Shown here one piece after another: positions 23,701 to 38,700 of a stretch of DNA of 64,000 bases; position 1 is the first letter of the stretch; every line of letters starts with the position of its first letter. The stretch comes from Antedon mediterranea (taxonomy: Eukaryota > Animalia > Echinodermata): positions 14,446,001 to 14,510,000 of the forward strand of contig NC_092674.1 in NCBI RefSeq assembly GCF_964355755.1, given 5' to 3'. The notes under the pieces were generated by a model, which saw nothing but the letters and a program-made list of their open reading frames with translations, was not told where the DNA came from and did no database searches. The position numbers and the translations under genes were made by a program.

Positions 23701-26700
23701 TGAAAAAATCAACTCTCTAGCATTAGTAGTTTTCGAGATAACTGTAAATTTTCCCCCTTATTTGCATATTTTATTTAACTTGTACTACTAATTTGCATAC
23801 TTTTGAGGTGTGTGACAAAGGTGTGATTTTGGGGAATTACAAAGGGGTCCTATGCTGACTATTAGTAACCTATATCAGGGTCATTTGATGGCAAAATAAA
23901 GTCTCTACAGACATTTTAGTCACATTGTGTATGCAAACATTGAGAAATGGGGTCGAGGGTCAAATGTTGTACTTCCGGTCATTTTTTCGTAAAATGTTTC
24001 ATTAGAGCAAATATAAATATGTACATTCTGAACAAGTTTTTGAACAAATCAACTCTCTCGGACTAGTAGTTTTTTTAGATATGATAACCCTGTAATTTCT
24101 GCCTAATTTGCATATTTAAGCTAATTTGCGTATCACCGGGATTAGTGATAGAGGTGTGATGCTCAAATGTTGATCTCCTCATCACATGTGACCATTTAAA
24201 AAAGAAAAATTTCTGTTTGCAATTTGTTTCAGTCAAAATGCTAGATTGACTAGCCTAATTGCCGTGATGTTGATTTAAAAAGTTTTTGTATTTTTTTTTG
24301 AAAGAATTTTTAAGAATTCACTCAATTTTAATATCAAAACCTCGTGCTATGTGTCAATAAAGCATACGTGTTAAGACCGTAAAAATGGAGAGGTTTTGAT
24401 AGTATAGCGATGCAACGTAAATAACTAGTTAATATACTTACAGATGAGTTAATGATAAACCATTAAACATATCTGGGTCTATATCTTCTAAAAGATTATT
24501 TTCCATATGTCTGTAATAATTAAATGCAAAAAAAGACCTTTTTGTAATAAATTCTTAATGAACTACTGTATAAAACTGCTTGCTATAACACAGATGTTAT
24601 GATCCAGGAAAAGGAATTTGTTGTGTAGGAAGAGATTAAATGTATGTACACAGTACGCAGTGTTTTGGTGGTGTATATAATAACAAATAAAATATGTGTA
24701 AATGTGATACAATCTCGGAACCATTGCTTCACATTTATAGACAGAAATACAGAGCTAAGTATTCACGTTGTTGACTTTTGTATCATACAATATTCCTTTA
24801 TTACATGTACCATAAAACAATAATCTTATTAATCAATAAAAAAGCAATTTAAACGGACTTAATATAATAAGATAAGATAACATAATCTATATATAAATTT
24901 ACGTAAGGGCAAAATTCGGTAAATCGCGCCTTACTTCTAGAATTTTCACTCGATGGTATATAAAGTTGGTTCGTACTTTCGGTACTGATTTTAACCACCT
25001 GATGTAACCCTGTTTACTAATTAAATTAAGTTAGATAATAAGTTATTGACGGTTAAAACGAATTTAGGTTCCAAGATTTGCCCCAAATAGGGGTGTTTTC
25101 CGACCGTGGTATACACTGTATAATGGATGTCCATCTTGAAAAATACCCGCCACAAAAATGCGAGGAGGCTTCGCATTTTCCTATCTCCTCCTACGATAAT
25201 TGTTTTTAATAGCTGAAAACCGGTTGAACAGCTAGAGTACACCATCATAATGTTGAAGACAGGCCGATTTTCTTTAAAAAATACTATTTTGATACATTTA
25301 ATATACGTTTTTACAAATGTATTGATTTGTGATGAATGGAACATTCCAAATTATTTGGTTTAACCATACAGGTATAGATTTAGATTTATGGGCCCCCTTG
25401 GAGAATAAACATAAATAGTATTGCAATGCTGTACAATACTGTTAAGGTATTAACCACTTTTGATCGCAATTTGAATCGCAAATTTCTTACTGTGAGTGTT
25501 GGTACTGTTAGATGTAATATAAAAATATATACAAATAAACTTTATTACTGTGAGTGTGGGTAGGCCCTACTGTTAGATTATAAACATATAATATACAAAT
25601 AAACATTCCAAATTATTTGGTTTAACCATAGAGGTATAGATTTAGATGTATGGGCCCCCTTGGAGAATAAACATAAATAGTATTGCAATGCTGTACAATA
25701 CTGTTAAGGTATTAACCACTTTTGATCGCAATTTGAATCGCAAATTTCTTACTGTGAGTGTTGGTACTGTTAGATGTAATATAAAAATATATACAAATAA
25801 ACTTTATTACTGTGAATGTGGGTAGGCCCTACTGTTAGATTATAAACATATAATATACAAATAAATAAACGTTATTACTGACAGTTGCTTCTCAACGTTT
25901 GTATTAATTAATAATTTAAAAATATATAAACGTCGTAGTGGTGTATCGTTACATGTACTTTACTATTTCAATCGACTATGACAGTGAGAGTTTTAACAAA
26001 GTACCGTATTAAATCGTAAATGTTTTACTGTATTTAGTGGTGTATTATTTATAGGCCTATAAAACATTAAAAACAATATTTCGTTACTGAGTGGATAAGA
26101 ATATATTTTAAAATGTTTCCTCTTTGTACCTATCTTCTTCCCCCATCCCTCAACCCTTAATGTTACATACAAAACACAAATTGGGTTTGTTTAAATGAGT
26201 CCAAATAAAAAAAATTGACTCATTTTGTTTCTCTCTCGGAAGTAATTCCCAGGGTGCTAATTTTAGCTGACTACATAAATCATTGTGTATATTTATTCGT
26301 TTCTGTAAACGACAATGTATTATAGTCCGGCAGTACGTACATTTGAAATCTCCATTTTTTTCTCGCTGGAAATACTGTGTATTCGAGAACCATCTGTGGG
26401 CACGACCTAGATGGTACGCGAGCAAAGCGAGCGTGCCATCTAGTAAGAATAATTAATAAACAACCAGCAATAAGAATTTGTTGAAAAAACATTCTAAATA
26501 ACATTTAACATCTTTCTTTAAACCTTAACTGTATTTAGGCCTACGTGATGTTAGTGTGCCTACTTACATGACAGCAACCGATGGCGCATTTTTAAGAACA
26601 TTTGGTCCAATTGTTACTAGTCCATTGTTGTCAATAAATCTATTTAAAAAGGCAAGCTTCATTGGCAATTATTTGCAATTTATTGTTCCACACACAAATC

Positions 26701-29700
26701 ACCGATTGCCTAAATTATAATAAAGGAACAGCAAAGCCACACATTGCATACCGGTAATTTATATTAAAGGAACAGCAAAGCCACACATTGCATACCGGTA
26801 ATTTATATTAAAGGAACAGCAAAGCCACACATTGCATACCGGTAATTTATAATAAAGGAACAGCAAAGCCACACATTGCATACCGGTAATTTATAATAAA
26901 GGAACAGCAAAGCCACACATTGCATACCGGTAATTTATATTAAAGGAACAGCAAAGCCACACATTGCATACCGGTAATTTATATTAAAAGAACAGCAAAG
27001 CCACACATTGCATACCGGTAATTTATAATAAAGGAACAGCAAAGCCACACATTGCATACCGGTAATTTATATTAAAGGAACAGCAAAGCCACACATTGCA
27101 TACCGGTAATTTATAATAAAGGAACAGCAAAGCCACACATTGCATACCGGTAATTTATAATAAAAGAACAGCAAAGCCACACATTGCATACCGGTAATTT
27201 ATATTAAAGGAACAGCAAAGCCACACATTGCATACCGGTAATTTATATTAAAGGAACAGCAGAGCCACACATGCCATTTAAGCCTCTATTACATACAGTA
27301 AATGGGTTTATATATAATAAAATAATTAATAATACACAAATCTTACAATGATTTTAACTTATAAAGTCCATCAAAGCATCCAGCCTGTAGATATTTGATT
27401 TTGTTTCCAGATAGAACACTTAAAGATATAAAGTGACAATTAGACCATCTCTTCCAAAGTTAAACACTGACTGTATAAAGTTTGTCAAAAAGCAGAAAGT
27501 GGTTATTCATTAACAACGTATTGAACATAAAACATACATAGACTGTAAATTGGATGGGTAAGAACCCGACTGCAATGATGGAGGGAGAGCAAAATACATA
27601 CAAGTTTGTTTCAGCACTTTGTTTACTAAAATCCCATCCCAAATATGCTGATAGTTTTTTAGATACTCACAGATTTTCTAGATTAATTTGGTACGAAAAA
27701 GAGGAGGTTGCTATTGACTCAATTCCATTCCACGATATATTACTGTAACATAAAAATAATATCAACATATTAGAATAGTTCAAGCAATGTATAATTATTG
27801 TAATACTTAATTTAGGTTTATTAATATAGGATAAGTACTCTTCTTATCCATCCAAGTAATTTGGAATAATTTTATTATTTTCACAATTTATACTATTGCT
27901 TAATATTGCTTGGTATCTTGATTTTAGCTTTAGAATGGTCCTTATAATAAAAGAATCATTATTAAACTTGTTAAATCTTAATACATACAGTGAACTTAAC
28001 ATTTGGAAGCGTGTAAAATTCATTTGCAAAACATCATCAATTGTTAATAACGATGATGACCTTCTGACCCGAGCATGATAAGATTCCAACTGCGAAAGAG
28101 AGCTACAAAAAGACAAAAATAACACGTTAAATTACAATCGTTTTTATAATTTTTTCGAAATATATTCCTCAGTTGCTACATTTTACTGACAATGAAATAA
28201 TTATAGACCAGTACACCCATGCATATTGGTGAAACCCTGATTTAATTGGTACAGTAAGACTGCTGTATTTTGTTTGAATTAAAATGTGCTGTATTTCTGT
28301 TCTGAGAACAATGCATGTTGTTGAATCATCAGAAAGTAGATATGATAATAATAACGTATATTTACATGTATCTTGTTGATTCTGAGAGCATTTGAGCTTT
28401 TGAAACATTCCATCCTGTACGTTGGCACTTGACAGTTAAGCCGACACATACGCACCCCGTTGGACATTCAAAGCCTATATAGAAACAGTCACAAAATGCC
28501 AATATCCGTTATGTGTAATGTAATATAACGATATACTTTTATATTTAAGAAATTGACCTTTGTATCGGAATTTAAATAGGTTCACAAACTTGACCCAGAA
28601 AGTCTAGAGGAGAGTTTGTCCAGATGTTTTAATGACCATTTAGTTTATAATAGAGTCCCTAAAGAAAACACTTAGCTTAATTTTGTGACTTTCCCATCGT
28701 TAAACCAGGAGTGACTGACACTATTTAAGTACAGATTTGACAGTGTCATCCATCACAGAAATACCTTATTATACCGTTAATCACTCCCACTTAAACACCC
28801 CTGGATCAACTTAGGACCAATCGTTACCCTCTAATATTACGTAGTGACATATGCAAATGAACTGAGCCAATATACTCCCAAGTTTCAGAAGGGCCCAGAC
28901 ACACCTTACAGCCACCTCACGGAGCACACACCTTACAGCCATTTCACGGAGCACACACCTCACAGCCACTTCTTCAGAAGCAGACCTACACACTTCACAC
29001 CTCACTGACAGCATCATTGATCGTCCGTTCCTTATCTATACTTATAGTTGTATATTGTACTGAAATATTATACTGAATAAACAATATATGTGTTACGACA
29101 GTCAAGCGAGTTAGAGTCTTTCATTAGTACCTCAACAACGCAACATTATATTACAGTAATGTACATGTTGAAATGCGACAGTAGGCTAATCTAAATTATG
29201 TTAAAACTTATTTTCAACATTAAATAAAGAAAATAATTAGCACAATTAATAATATGATAAACAAACAGAACAATGTTTGTAACGCGAAGAATTTAATTAA
29301 TTTAAAAATACATACTGCAGTACAATTCATCATCGGCATGTGGACACTCTGCAACACCATTGCACTTCTGAGATGCTGAAATACATACTTTAGAACTATG
29401 ACACCTGAACATACCGGGACATTCATAGGATTCTACAACACAAAATGGAATGGAAAAATAGAATGTTGAGAAATACTTAATTTCACTCTTTTGCGGGGAA
29501 AATAAATGGAATTAAAATACAATCATACAACATAATCAATTGCAAAACGTAACTCGTTTTAGAAAAAAATCCATTCTGTTGCTATTTGCGGTCATTGCTG
29601 GCGTAATGCCACTTACCACAATTAGTTTCATCCTCTCCGTTTGGGCAATCCCAAATCATGTTACATTGCAAATGCTTAGCTATGCAATATGATCCAGGAC

Positions 29701-32700
29701 ATTTGACAGTTTCACTTGGACAATGGATTTGTGCTGAAGTAAAAAATATCATTTATTTGCTTAATCATGCTATTTCAATTAAGTTTTCAATCGTGTTGTG
29801 ATACACTTTGGCTTTTATTTAATCATTTTGCATTCCATAGGCATATACGTTAATTATTGATCATTTCGTTTAGGGTTTAGGCTTGTAAACAATGCACAAA
29901 TTAGGCCTACAACAATTGTCCAGATGTGTTGCATCCCTACATGCCATTGGTAGCGATTGTGAGTCAATATCATGCACACATATCAAATCCTTTGAAACAC
30001 ATTCTCCGTTTTTACAGCGCATCTGATCATCCTCGCACTGGTTCTGGTTCCAGTATACTAAAGTTGATTGAATTAAGATAATTATTATTACAATTTTAAT
30101 ACATTTATTCACAGTATTAAATAGATAATACAATTAAAAAGAAAATTAACATTTTTTAAATAAATCGTAAAAATATAAACTTTTCTTTTTTGTTTTTTTT
30201 CTTTTTTTTTTAATATCGCCGTACATTGTCTAGCAACGATTAACAATCGCCTTTAACCTATGTTTATAACTTACAGCAATCCTTCTCATCTTCAGTGATA
30301 CTTCCAGGGCAATCCTTGGTACCATCACACCTTAACCGAAGAGGAATACAGGTTCCATCGTAACACTGAAACCCAAATTCACATCTAGCTATAAAAATGA
30401 TAGTTGGCAAAAAAACAAAAATTAAAAAAATAATGTATATATAAACAACCCAAGGGCCAAGAACTAGTATAATATCTACTGTATATCAGAATACACATAG
30501 CCAGATACCTGTAATGCTTTTGTTTCACAAAATGTGAACACAAGTTGTAAACTTACTGCAGAAAAGTTCATCAGTTCCATCTGTGCATTGTGTAACAAAG
30601 TCACAGCGCATGTCTTGATGTATACACTCTCCATTGTTACATTCAAATTCATCAGCGCTACAATTTTTAAATACTGAAAAGAATGAAGTTTAGAAATTCA
30701 ACAACTTACTTGTACGACTTAGGCCTATACGAATTTTTTTCGTTATCGATTGATTCGCTTTATTAAAAATTCTCATGAAAAGAATACAAAGAAACGAAAA
30801 CAAATACAAGAGAGAAAATCAGGATAACTCTTTATTCTATCAAGTTTGTTTCCAAAGAGAGTCCAAAAAGGTTCACAATTATACCTTTATTGTTTGAAAA
30901 AGTGATCTTTTAGTAGAAGTTGGTCGTAGAGTTAAAACAAATAAAGGTGTGTCATTGGGATGGATATGGGTGTCCTAAGTTAAGGCTTCTGTTCGCTAAA
31001 CAAAGTAGATAAAGGTAGACTTTCACGATTTTCTACATTTTACAATTATTGTAAGTAAAATTGCCGATAATATGTAGGCCTGGTACCAAGTGTTACTTTC
31101 GTTTTTAGTTAGGTCTATGTTTATCATTTGAAATTGGATTTTTTTCAAAGTAAACATAAAATTAATGTATAAGGGTATGTAGGCAAAACTACATTTTTCA
31201 CAATAATGAAAAGAAATAATGTTTTATCTTATATTGTATTACTCACAACAATTCATTTCATCAGCTCCATTTATACAATGGCGTATAAAGTCACACCGAA
31301 ATGACAATGAAACACAAGTTTTGCTGTCGCATCTGAAGCTTTCTTCGTCACAAATATCTAAACCCATGCCAATTATAACATTTTATGGGGGGAAAACAAC
31401 ATTCTGCACAATGGATTAAAACTAAGTAGGCCTACATACGCTGTGTCCAAATTATGTGGAAGTTTTAGTTGACTTTATATAATATTATATTTTAACAGTT
31501 ACAAATATATTTTTGTGTCGTGAAACATAATGTCCAATATATTCAATGTATTGAATGAAGTCTTACCAGAGCAATATTGTTCATCGGTGCCATCTACACA
31601 ATCATTGTACCCATCACACTTATACACCTCATGTATGCATTCTTGATTGTCGCATTGAAATTCATTAATGTTACAAGACGCTTAAATAAAAATATAATAT
31701 TTGGTCATTGATTATCATATTAGTAGGGACTTTACGCAACAGGACGGTAGGCAAAAGAGGACGGTAGATGAAAAGCTACGATAATTAAACAATATTAATC
31801 CGCGCATACGAATAAGCATAGTACTGAGATAACTCCATTTTGTTAATTATCCAGACGGTATTTTGGTAAATTTAACGTTCGGTCCGATAGACAGAGCAAA
31901 GTTTATGACATAATTTTAAAACTTGCCAACAATACAAAATAATGGATAAGTACGAAACTATACACGCGGTAGACGTAAAGATGTATTGTCCCCTTGAACA
32001 AAATAATTCTTCACAATTCTTTTTTTGTTGAACATGCCATTTTAATGTAACATAATGGTTATCAACTTTGACAAACATTGGATCGAAAAGAAAATGTATT
32101 TATCTAAAAAAACTGTAATTTAAAGCAAAAAAATACTAAAATTGGATGCCTGCAATGGGTTATTGGTTAAATGTAACTATTTATTTTGTTATTTTATAGG
32201 CCTATAAGTGAAAACATTAATTATTTTCGGTTTTTTTTCTTTTCTTCTTTTTCTTTTTTTGCTACAAAATATAAAATACATCTTTATGTTTTTCAATTTG
32301 GTTATACAATTAACAAACACATCATAAGTTCATGCATATTACTCTATATAATATGTGTAGACTGTGGATTCACAGATACCGATTTCACAAATAAACATAC
32401 ACATAAGCTTCTTAATGTTTTAATTATGTGTTTTAAGTTTATCCTTTGAACTTTTTTAACCTAAGAATTAGCATAGGCTAACGCAGAAACGTTTCGAACA
32501 CGCCTGCCAAGCCCGCGTCTAACAGAGTTTGCTAACTATCAAAATAACCGTCACGTTCTGTTAATTACCGTCCTCTTCGCCCCAGTCCTGTTGCATAAAG
32601 CCCTATTATTAGGCCTACAACTTATATTCAGATTGCTTTGAATTGATTTTTATAGATATTCGATTTAATTGTGTATTTATTTCCATGTGTAGGCCTAACT

Positions 32701-35700
32701 ATTAACAATATATTACACTTACCGTTTTTCACAATAGGCAAACTACTACTGGGTTGGTTTTCTATCAGACTAGTTTGAAAATGACCTACATAAATTACAA
32801 CCAACAAGCCAACAATTACGAATTAAGAAATAACGTCATAAAAAATGTTGTATAATTAATATTATAACAACGAAAAAATCAATATAATCTACTAACTTTA
32901 ATAATAATAAATATCTATAACTATTTTAAACTTAAATTTCAGCAAATAAATCGTTATAATTCAATGTCACTCACGTGTCTCTTTTTTACAAATAAACTGA
33001 TTGGTTGAAGGGTATTCACAGGCAACTTCAAACCATTGGTTGACAGAATGTAGTGTAAGCATACTAATGACTGTGCATTCTTCAAGACTACCTCCTAGTG
33101 GTTGTCGGTCGGACAAATCTTCTTCTCTGAGAAAAAAAATGATAATCATCATAAGAAACATTGCACATATTCTACCAGACTTGTTAGCATTAACTACCTA
33201 TAGTTTACTAGAGAGACACATACAATGTTGTAATATACCAAGCTGTATAGCTTAATGGCCTTCCATCACTCCACTTGTAGACAGCGAATGTACTACTCTG
33301 TCGGTGAGATAATCCTATAAAATAAGAGGATTCCATTAAAAAACAAATGATAGATCTACACTAACGTATTAATAAACAATTAAGTTTGGCATTACATTGT
33401 TTAAAAGTGTAAACCATTTTGTAAGAAATAAATGATTGTGGCTTTAGTACAGTATCCAGTTCATTGTGTTCAATATTCTCAATGTTATGTAACCAGTAAT
33501 TTCTTTTATTGGATGTCATATTTTATATATTTATCCGCCTTGTTAGTTTTGAAGACGTTTGATTTTGTTACTGGATGTACCCAACAATACGTAGTGAAGT
33601 CTGAACTCAAGTTTTTACTTCCTTAAAAGACAAATTATAGATATTAGTTCACATAGATTATTGATTATCATAATTATTTTTACCTATGTAAGTTATATAA
33701 TTGTCAGTTATCCAGTTAGTTGTTAGCATTGAATGAATAAAATCCATCTCATCTCCATCTTTAATGGACACAAGATGAGCACCTTTATCGGAACATATCT
33801 CTTCGGCTTCTGTCCAGGTCACATAGTATGATTCTTCCTCAAACGTATAACAGTAGGTAGAATACTTTTGCCAACCATCTGGACATTCCAAGGACGTTGC
33901 TGTGAAACAAGATATAAGTAACAAAGAATGTAACATTCTATTTTTCTGAAACTCGAGCATTAATTGCAAACGGTAGTTCATACTTCATGTGTATAACTGT
34001 AATAGTAATTTAACATAATATTTTAAATACCGATTGCACAGTTATATATCATATTAATCATACTCTGTTCATTCATTTACATCAAATACATTCGTTTTGT
34101 GTGGTATAATAATAATAATAGCAAGATTATGTAAAATAATGCTTTCACAGTAATACGTACATGAAACTTTATATGAACTATCAAAGCTGTACGTGTCATA
34201 TTCAGCCAAAAATCCTCTTCCATTATTCCCGTAATCAGTACAAAGTTCAATGATCATTTTGTGACGACTGCTCTTAAGGTATTGTGGCGGTATGTTGGAA
34301 TTACAATATCGTTCAAGTATCTTTTCGGATTTAACAGCATCCGGGTCTACAGTAACATAGTCATTCTGGCAGCTTTGCGAATCGTGTATGTCAAAATCGA
34401 TGAACGTTAGCATAATGTAATGAGATGTAGAGGGAGCTACTATTGTCCATGTTTGTCTACTCCCGTCAATGTACTGGGATGGGTAATTAAATGTTGCCAG
34501 TGTAGCTGAAGGATGTTCACAAGATACAATGGACCCTAATTCGTCAATACCACAACCAGGAGTTTCTAAAAGATAACAATATTTACAAACAAATATGTTG
34601 AATAAAAAGCATGCAAATATTATTACAGAACACTTTTTGTGAAAACTTGCTACTAACTATTTATTATGATATGATTATTTCATATAATACGGATAGAAGA
34701 ATTAAAAAATGTTGTATCAAAAATAATATTGTCGCCCGGAAACGTAATGAGTATATCAGTAATGAGGACATCAACTCACCAATATCACTAAAAACTGCTT
34801 TAAACTTAAAATGCTGACGCCTATATCCGGCACCAACCGAGAGAGTAAGCTGGGATGTTGTTGACCGAACAAATGGAATGACGTCACCAAATAATGGGTC
34901 TATATTTGACACACCGGATGGTTCAAATATACTGAAATACCCAACATTTGTCTGAGAAACGTCCATTCCAACGATAGATATTTCACTGATTACCAACTCG
35001 ATATATGATCCTTCAGATGTCTCTGCTAACCAATGCATAATTGTACATGGTTCAAGAATTATATCCTCATAAACTGGTACTCCAGATAAAACATATATTG
35101 TGTTCATCAAAGTTTCCTCCTTGCATACTAAAATAAAACAAAATAAAAATGTTAAATATATTTATTCATTTAGTCATCAAGCTTAACTGGAAACTATAAG
35201 GACATTTGGATTAGGCCCTCCGCGGACCCAACAATGCAGCGCCTACCAGATCAGCACACTATTCCCTGTTCTTTTCGAATAGTGTACCAAGTACTTTAAC
35301 GTGCATTATATGTACACGGGACCAACGGCTTTACATCCCAGCCGAAGGAAGAGGCAATGAGAGTAAAGTATCATCATCATGGTACAGATAGACTCGAACC
35401 CATGCCTACCCTATGCTAGTCTGATATTATCATTACCCCATCATTTTCTGGTATATACAGCACTCGCCGCTCTGCCATCCATAACGCAACCGGGACGGAA
35501 AAATATAGTGACTTAATTAATCTCATAAATTATTAATGATTTCTGGCTTAGTCTCGTAGGAGAAAAAAATGCAACCGGGACTTAACTTCAGTGATCTGAC
35601 GAGAATTTTTAAAAGGTAGACGCCAATACAGTGTTAAACAGCATTCCAACAATTCTTTTCTGTGTGTGTCAAGAATCAGAATACTCTACCATTACAACTT

Positions 35701-38700
35701 ACGCTAGAGATGATTGAAACATGCACTCGCGGCCAGTAGAAGAAACAGATTGCTAGAGATTAGCTAGCAATTGAAGGAGTTTGTGAATGATTACATGGAT
35801 AAATAAATATTTTGTGTTTATACTGAATTACATTGTTTTGCTAAAACAGAGTAAGTGATGAAATAGATAACATCATTAATGATAACATTATCAGAGTAAC
35901 TGGTTATTTGTTACTCAATTTTCTGACACAAAGCTACTTAACAGTACGGTAGTTAAATACACTGATTAATATTATTAGAAAAGTATTTAGTAGGTCAACT
36001 ATCTACAAAAATAAATTGTTACCCGTGCTGCATTGTACATGTACGTCATGGTCATGTTGACACAATACGTTGTATGGTTCCGTGCATTCAAATATAGAAG
36101 TTTCATCTCCAGTACATTCAATATCTCTTAAATTGATTGGTGTTCCAGTCCATAATCCAATTTCTACTTGATTAGTAAAGTTCAGCATATGAGAATATCC
36201 AAGACTCTTGCAAGTTAGATTCACTGCAAATGAATCTGCTTTGATGTCACAATATGTACCCCAAGCACCATTTTTGAAAACCTCAATAAAACCTGAATAT
36301 AGTAGTCCGTTACTTAATCGTATTCCCTCTGAAAAATATATAAAAGATAAAACATGTGCATATCCCTATTATTACTTACTTAATGTTAATGTTACTCTTT
36401 TACACTAAGTTTTGTCATTTTTTAGTCCGTTTATGTATATATGTATCTTTTTAATCGGATTTGCTGACAACAACAGACATTTCTTGTACCGAAACCGAAG
36501 TTTCTTGTATCTTACCAATATAGTTCAAGTCATGAAACTGTAAAAACAATGTTATCTTGTTTCAGAAAGTTAACCTGATAGCTTAATATGAAACAGTCTT
36601 GAAATTAAGTTGTATTGGTGTATAAAACATAATAGTATTACATTATACATACAATTGATCTCAAAAACATTGGTTTAAACTAATAATTTAAATTTAAAAT
36701 ACCTTTGCTACATTTAATAAACGCCGTAGAATCACAAGCATAATTTACAGATAACTTAGTACATTCACCAAGACTGTCTTCGTTGCCTGAACACGTGACA
36801 GAATCGTACTTAATTGGTGCACAAGGACTGCTTTGCTGTAATGCCGAGCAGCACTTCAGAGGCTCAGCATACGGTAGGCCCAATTGCCGACAAACTACAT
36901 CAGCCTCGTTTTTACCAAAATGATCGCCACAAATGCTGCCCCAAACGTTGTCGTAATAAAACTCAATAACTCCCTCTGTTGGTACATTATTGGAAATTAA
37001 ACGAACTGTTCCTAAAATAAATAAATCACATCAACAATAAATATGACAGTCAGTCAATCGTTTCAATGCTACTTCGATATACGTGGTAATCAGTTGTAAC
37101 TTACTAAATTCGCAGATAGTATATCTAGACCAACTACACACCATGTCTTTCCAAAGTCCATTAAGGTTAGTATTCATCATACCACAATGCTCGTCTTCGT
37201 TGTTTGATGGCTCATCCCGGTCCCAGTCTGAAACGAAATTTGAGCTGATTTTTTCGTAGAATTATTTACTTTAGTAATTTAGCCACTAGTTGTATACGGA
37301 GATTGGCAACAAGAAAACAATATCATTAAGCTCACTTGTATTGTATGAATTCAAGGAAAATAGTTATATTGTTATTTTTTATTTGTTATTACAACATACA
37401 CTTTTTTAAAATTTAGAAATGTATTTTACGAGCATAGCCCATTTTATTAAAGATAATCTTGTAATGAGATTTACTGGCGTGTAAACGAAAATGTAATTGG
37501 TCTTATTTTGTTTTTATATTGAAAACAAATTATCATGGGTATGAATAAGTTTAGGTTTTGAACGAATTCATGTTTATGAATAATTTCATGTTTGTGAAAA
37601 AGATTATGTTATGAAAATTAATTTTTTAAAAAAACAAAAACAAAAAAACAACGAAGCGGGGTTTATTGAAAAGTGTGGATACCAAATCTAGACCCAAAAA
37701 ATCCAAACACAGTAGACATACGTAGTTTTGATGACACAGGGCCTTTCTAAAGACAAGCCGAATGTCTATAATTATTAGAACGCTTCTCATTCGATAAGAA
37801 AATACCCACCACGGAGTATGCAGGATTTAATCAAACCGAATATCTATAGTATATTAGAACGCTTCTCATTGGATAACAAAATACCTCATGAACCGGACTA
37901 TGCAGTGTACATTCGTCGCCTGCAATAATGATTCCACTCGCAGAGATCGAATACCCGTAAACTTGTCTAGGTCGTCTAAGGCAAATGTTGTGTGGTCAAA
38001 CAATGTACTTATGGATCTGACAAACAATGAAGCGTGACGGGAAGTCAAATTTATTTTATTTTGTTTTTATAAATCTTTTCTGATGTTTCACCTTTTTTTT
38101 CTTCTTTCTTCTTTTTTCTGTTATGCCTTACAGAAATGTTCTAGATTATTTAGACCCAAACATAGTTATGTATTTTGGGATAATGTCAATATATTTAAGT
38201 TTTATACAGTTTAATGATGAATACACTTGATAATTCAATATTGCAAAACTATGGTGGTGTAGATGATAACTCTCTACAAAACATTTTGTGTCTTGATGAA
38301 AATGATTTAAGTGATAATCCAGTTCAGTTACTTAAACACTCTCCATATTATGATTGTGATTCTATCTTGAATTTTCTTGAGTTACGAAAAAACAATTTCT
38401 GTATACTTAGCACGAATATCCAATCAATACATGCTAAATTCAATGAATTAGTTGTATTTTTAAATGATTTAGCAACTAAACAGTTTTATTTTTCTGCTAT
38501 TTGTATACAAGAGTCATGGTTGAGTGACACTGCCGATACTTCACAAATTGAACTTGATAATTATGTATGTATTTCACAGGGTAAATCTTGTAGCTCAAAA
38601 GGGGGTTTGATTATATACCTACATAAAGATTTTAATTACACTATGAAATCAAGTGTTGTTCATTCTACTGAATGGGAAGGTCAATTTCTTGAAATAACAG

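Noticed and set aside
26712-27271. CRISPR-like array
   Set aside because: Units are contiguous with no unique spacers; eukaryotic intron; no cas genes.
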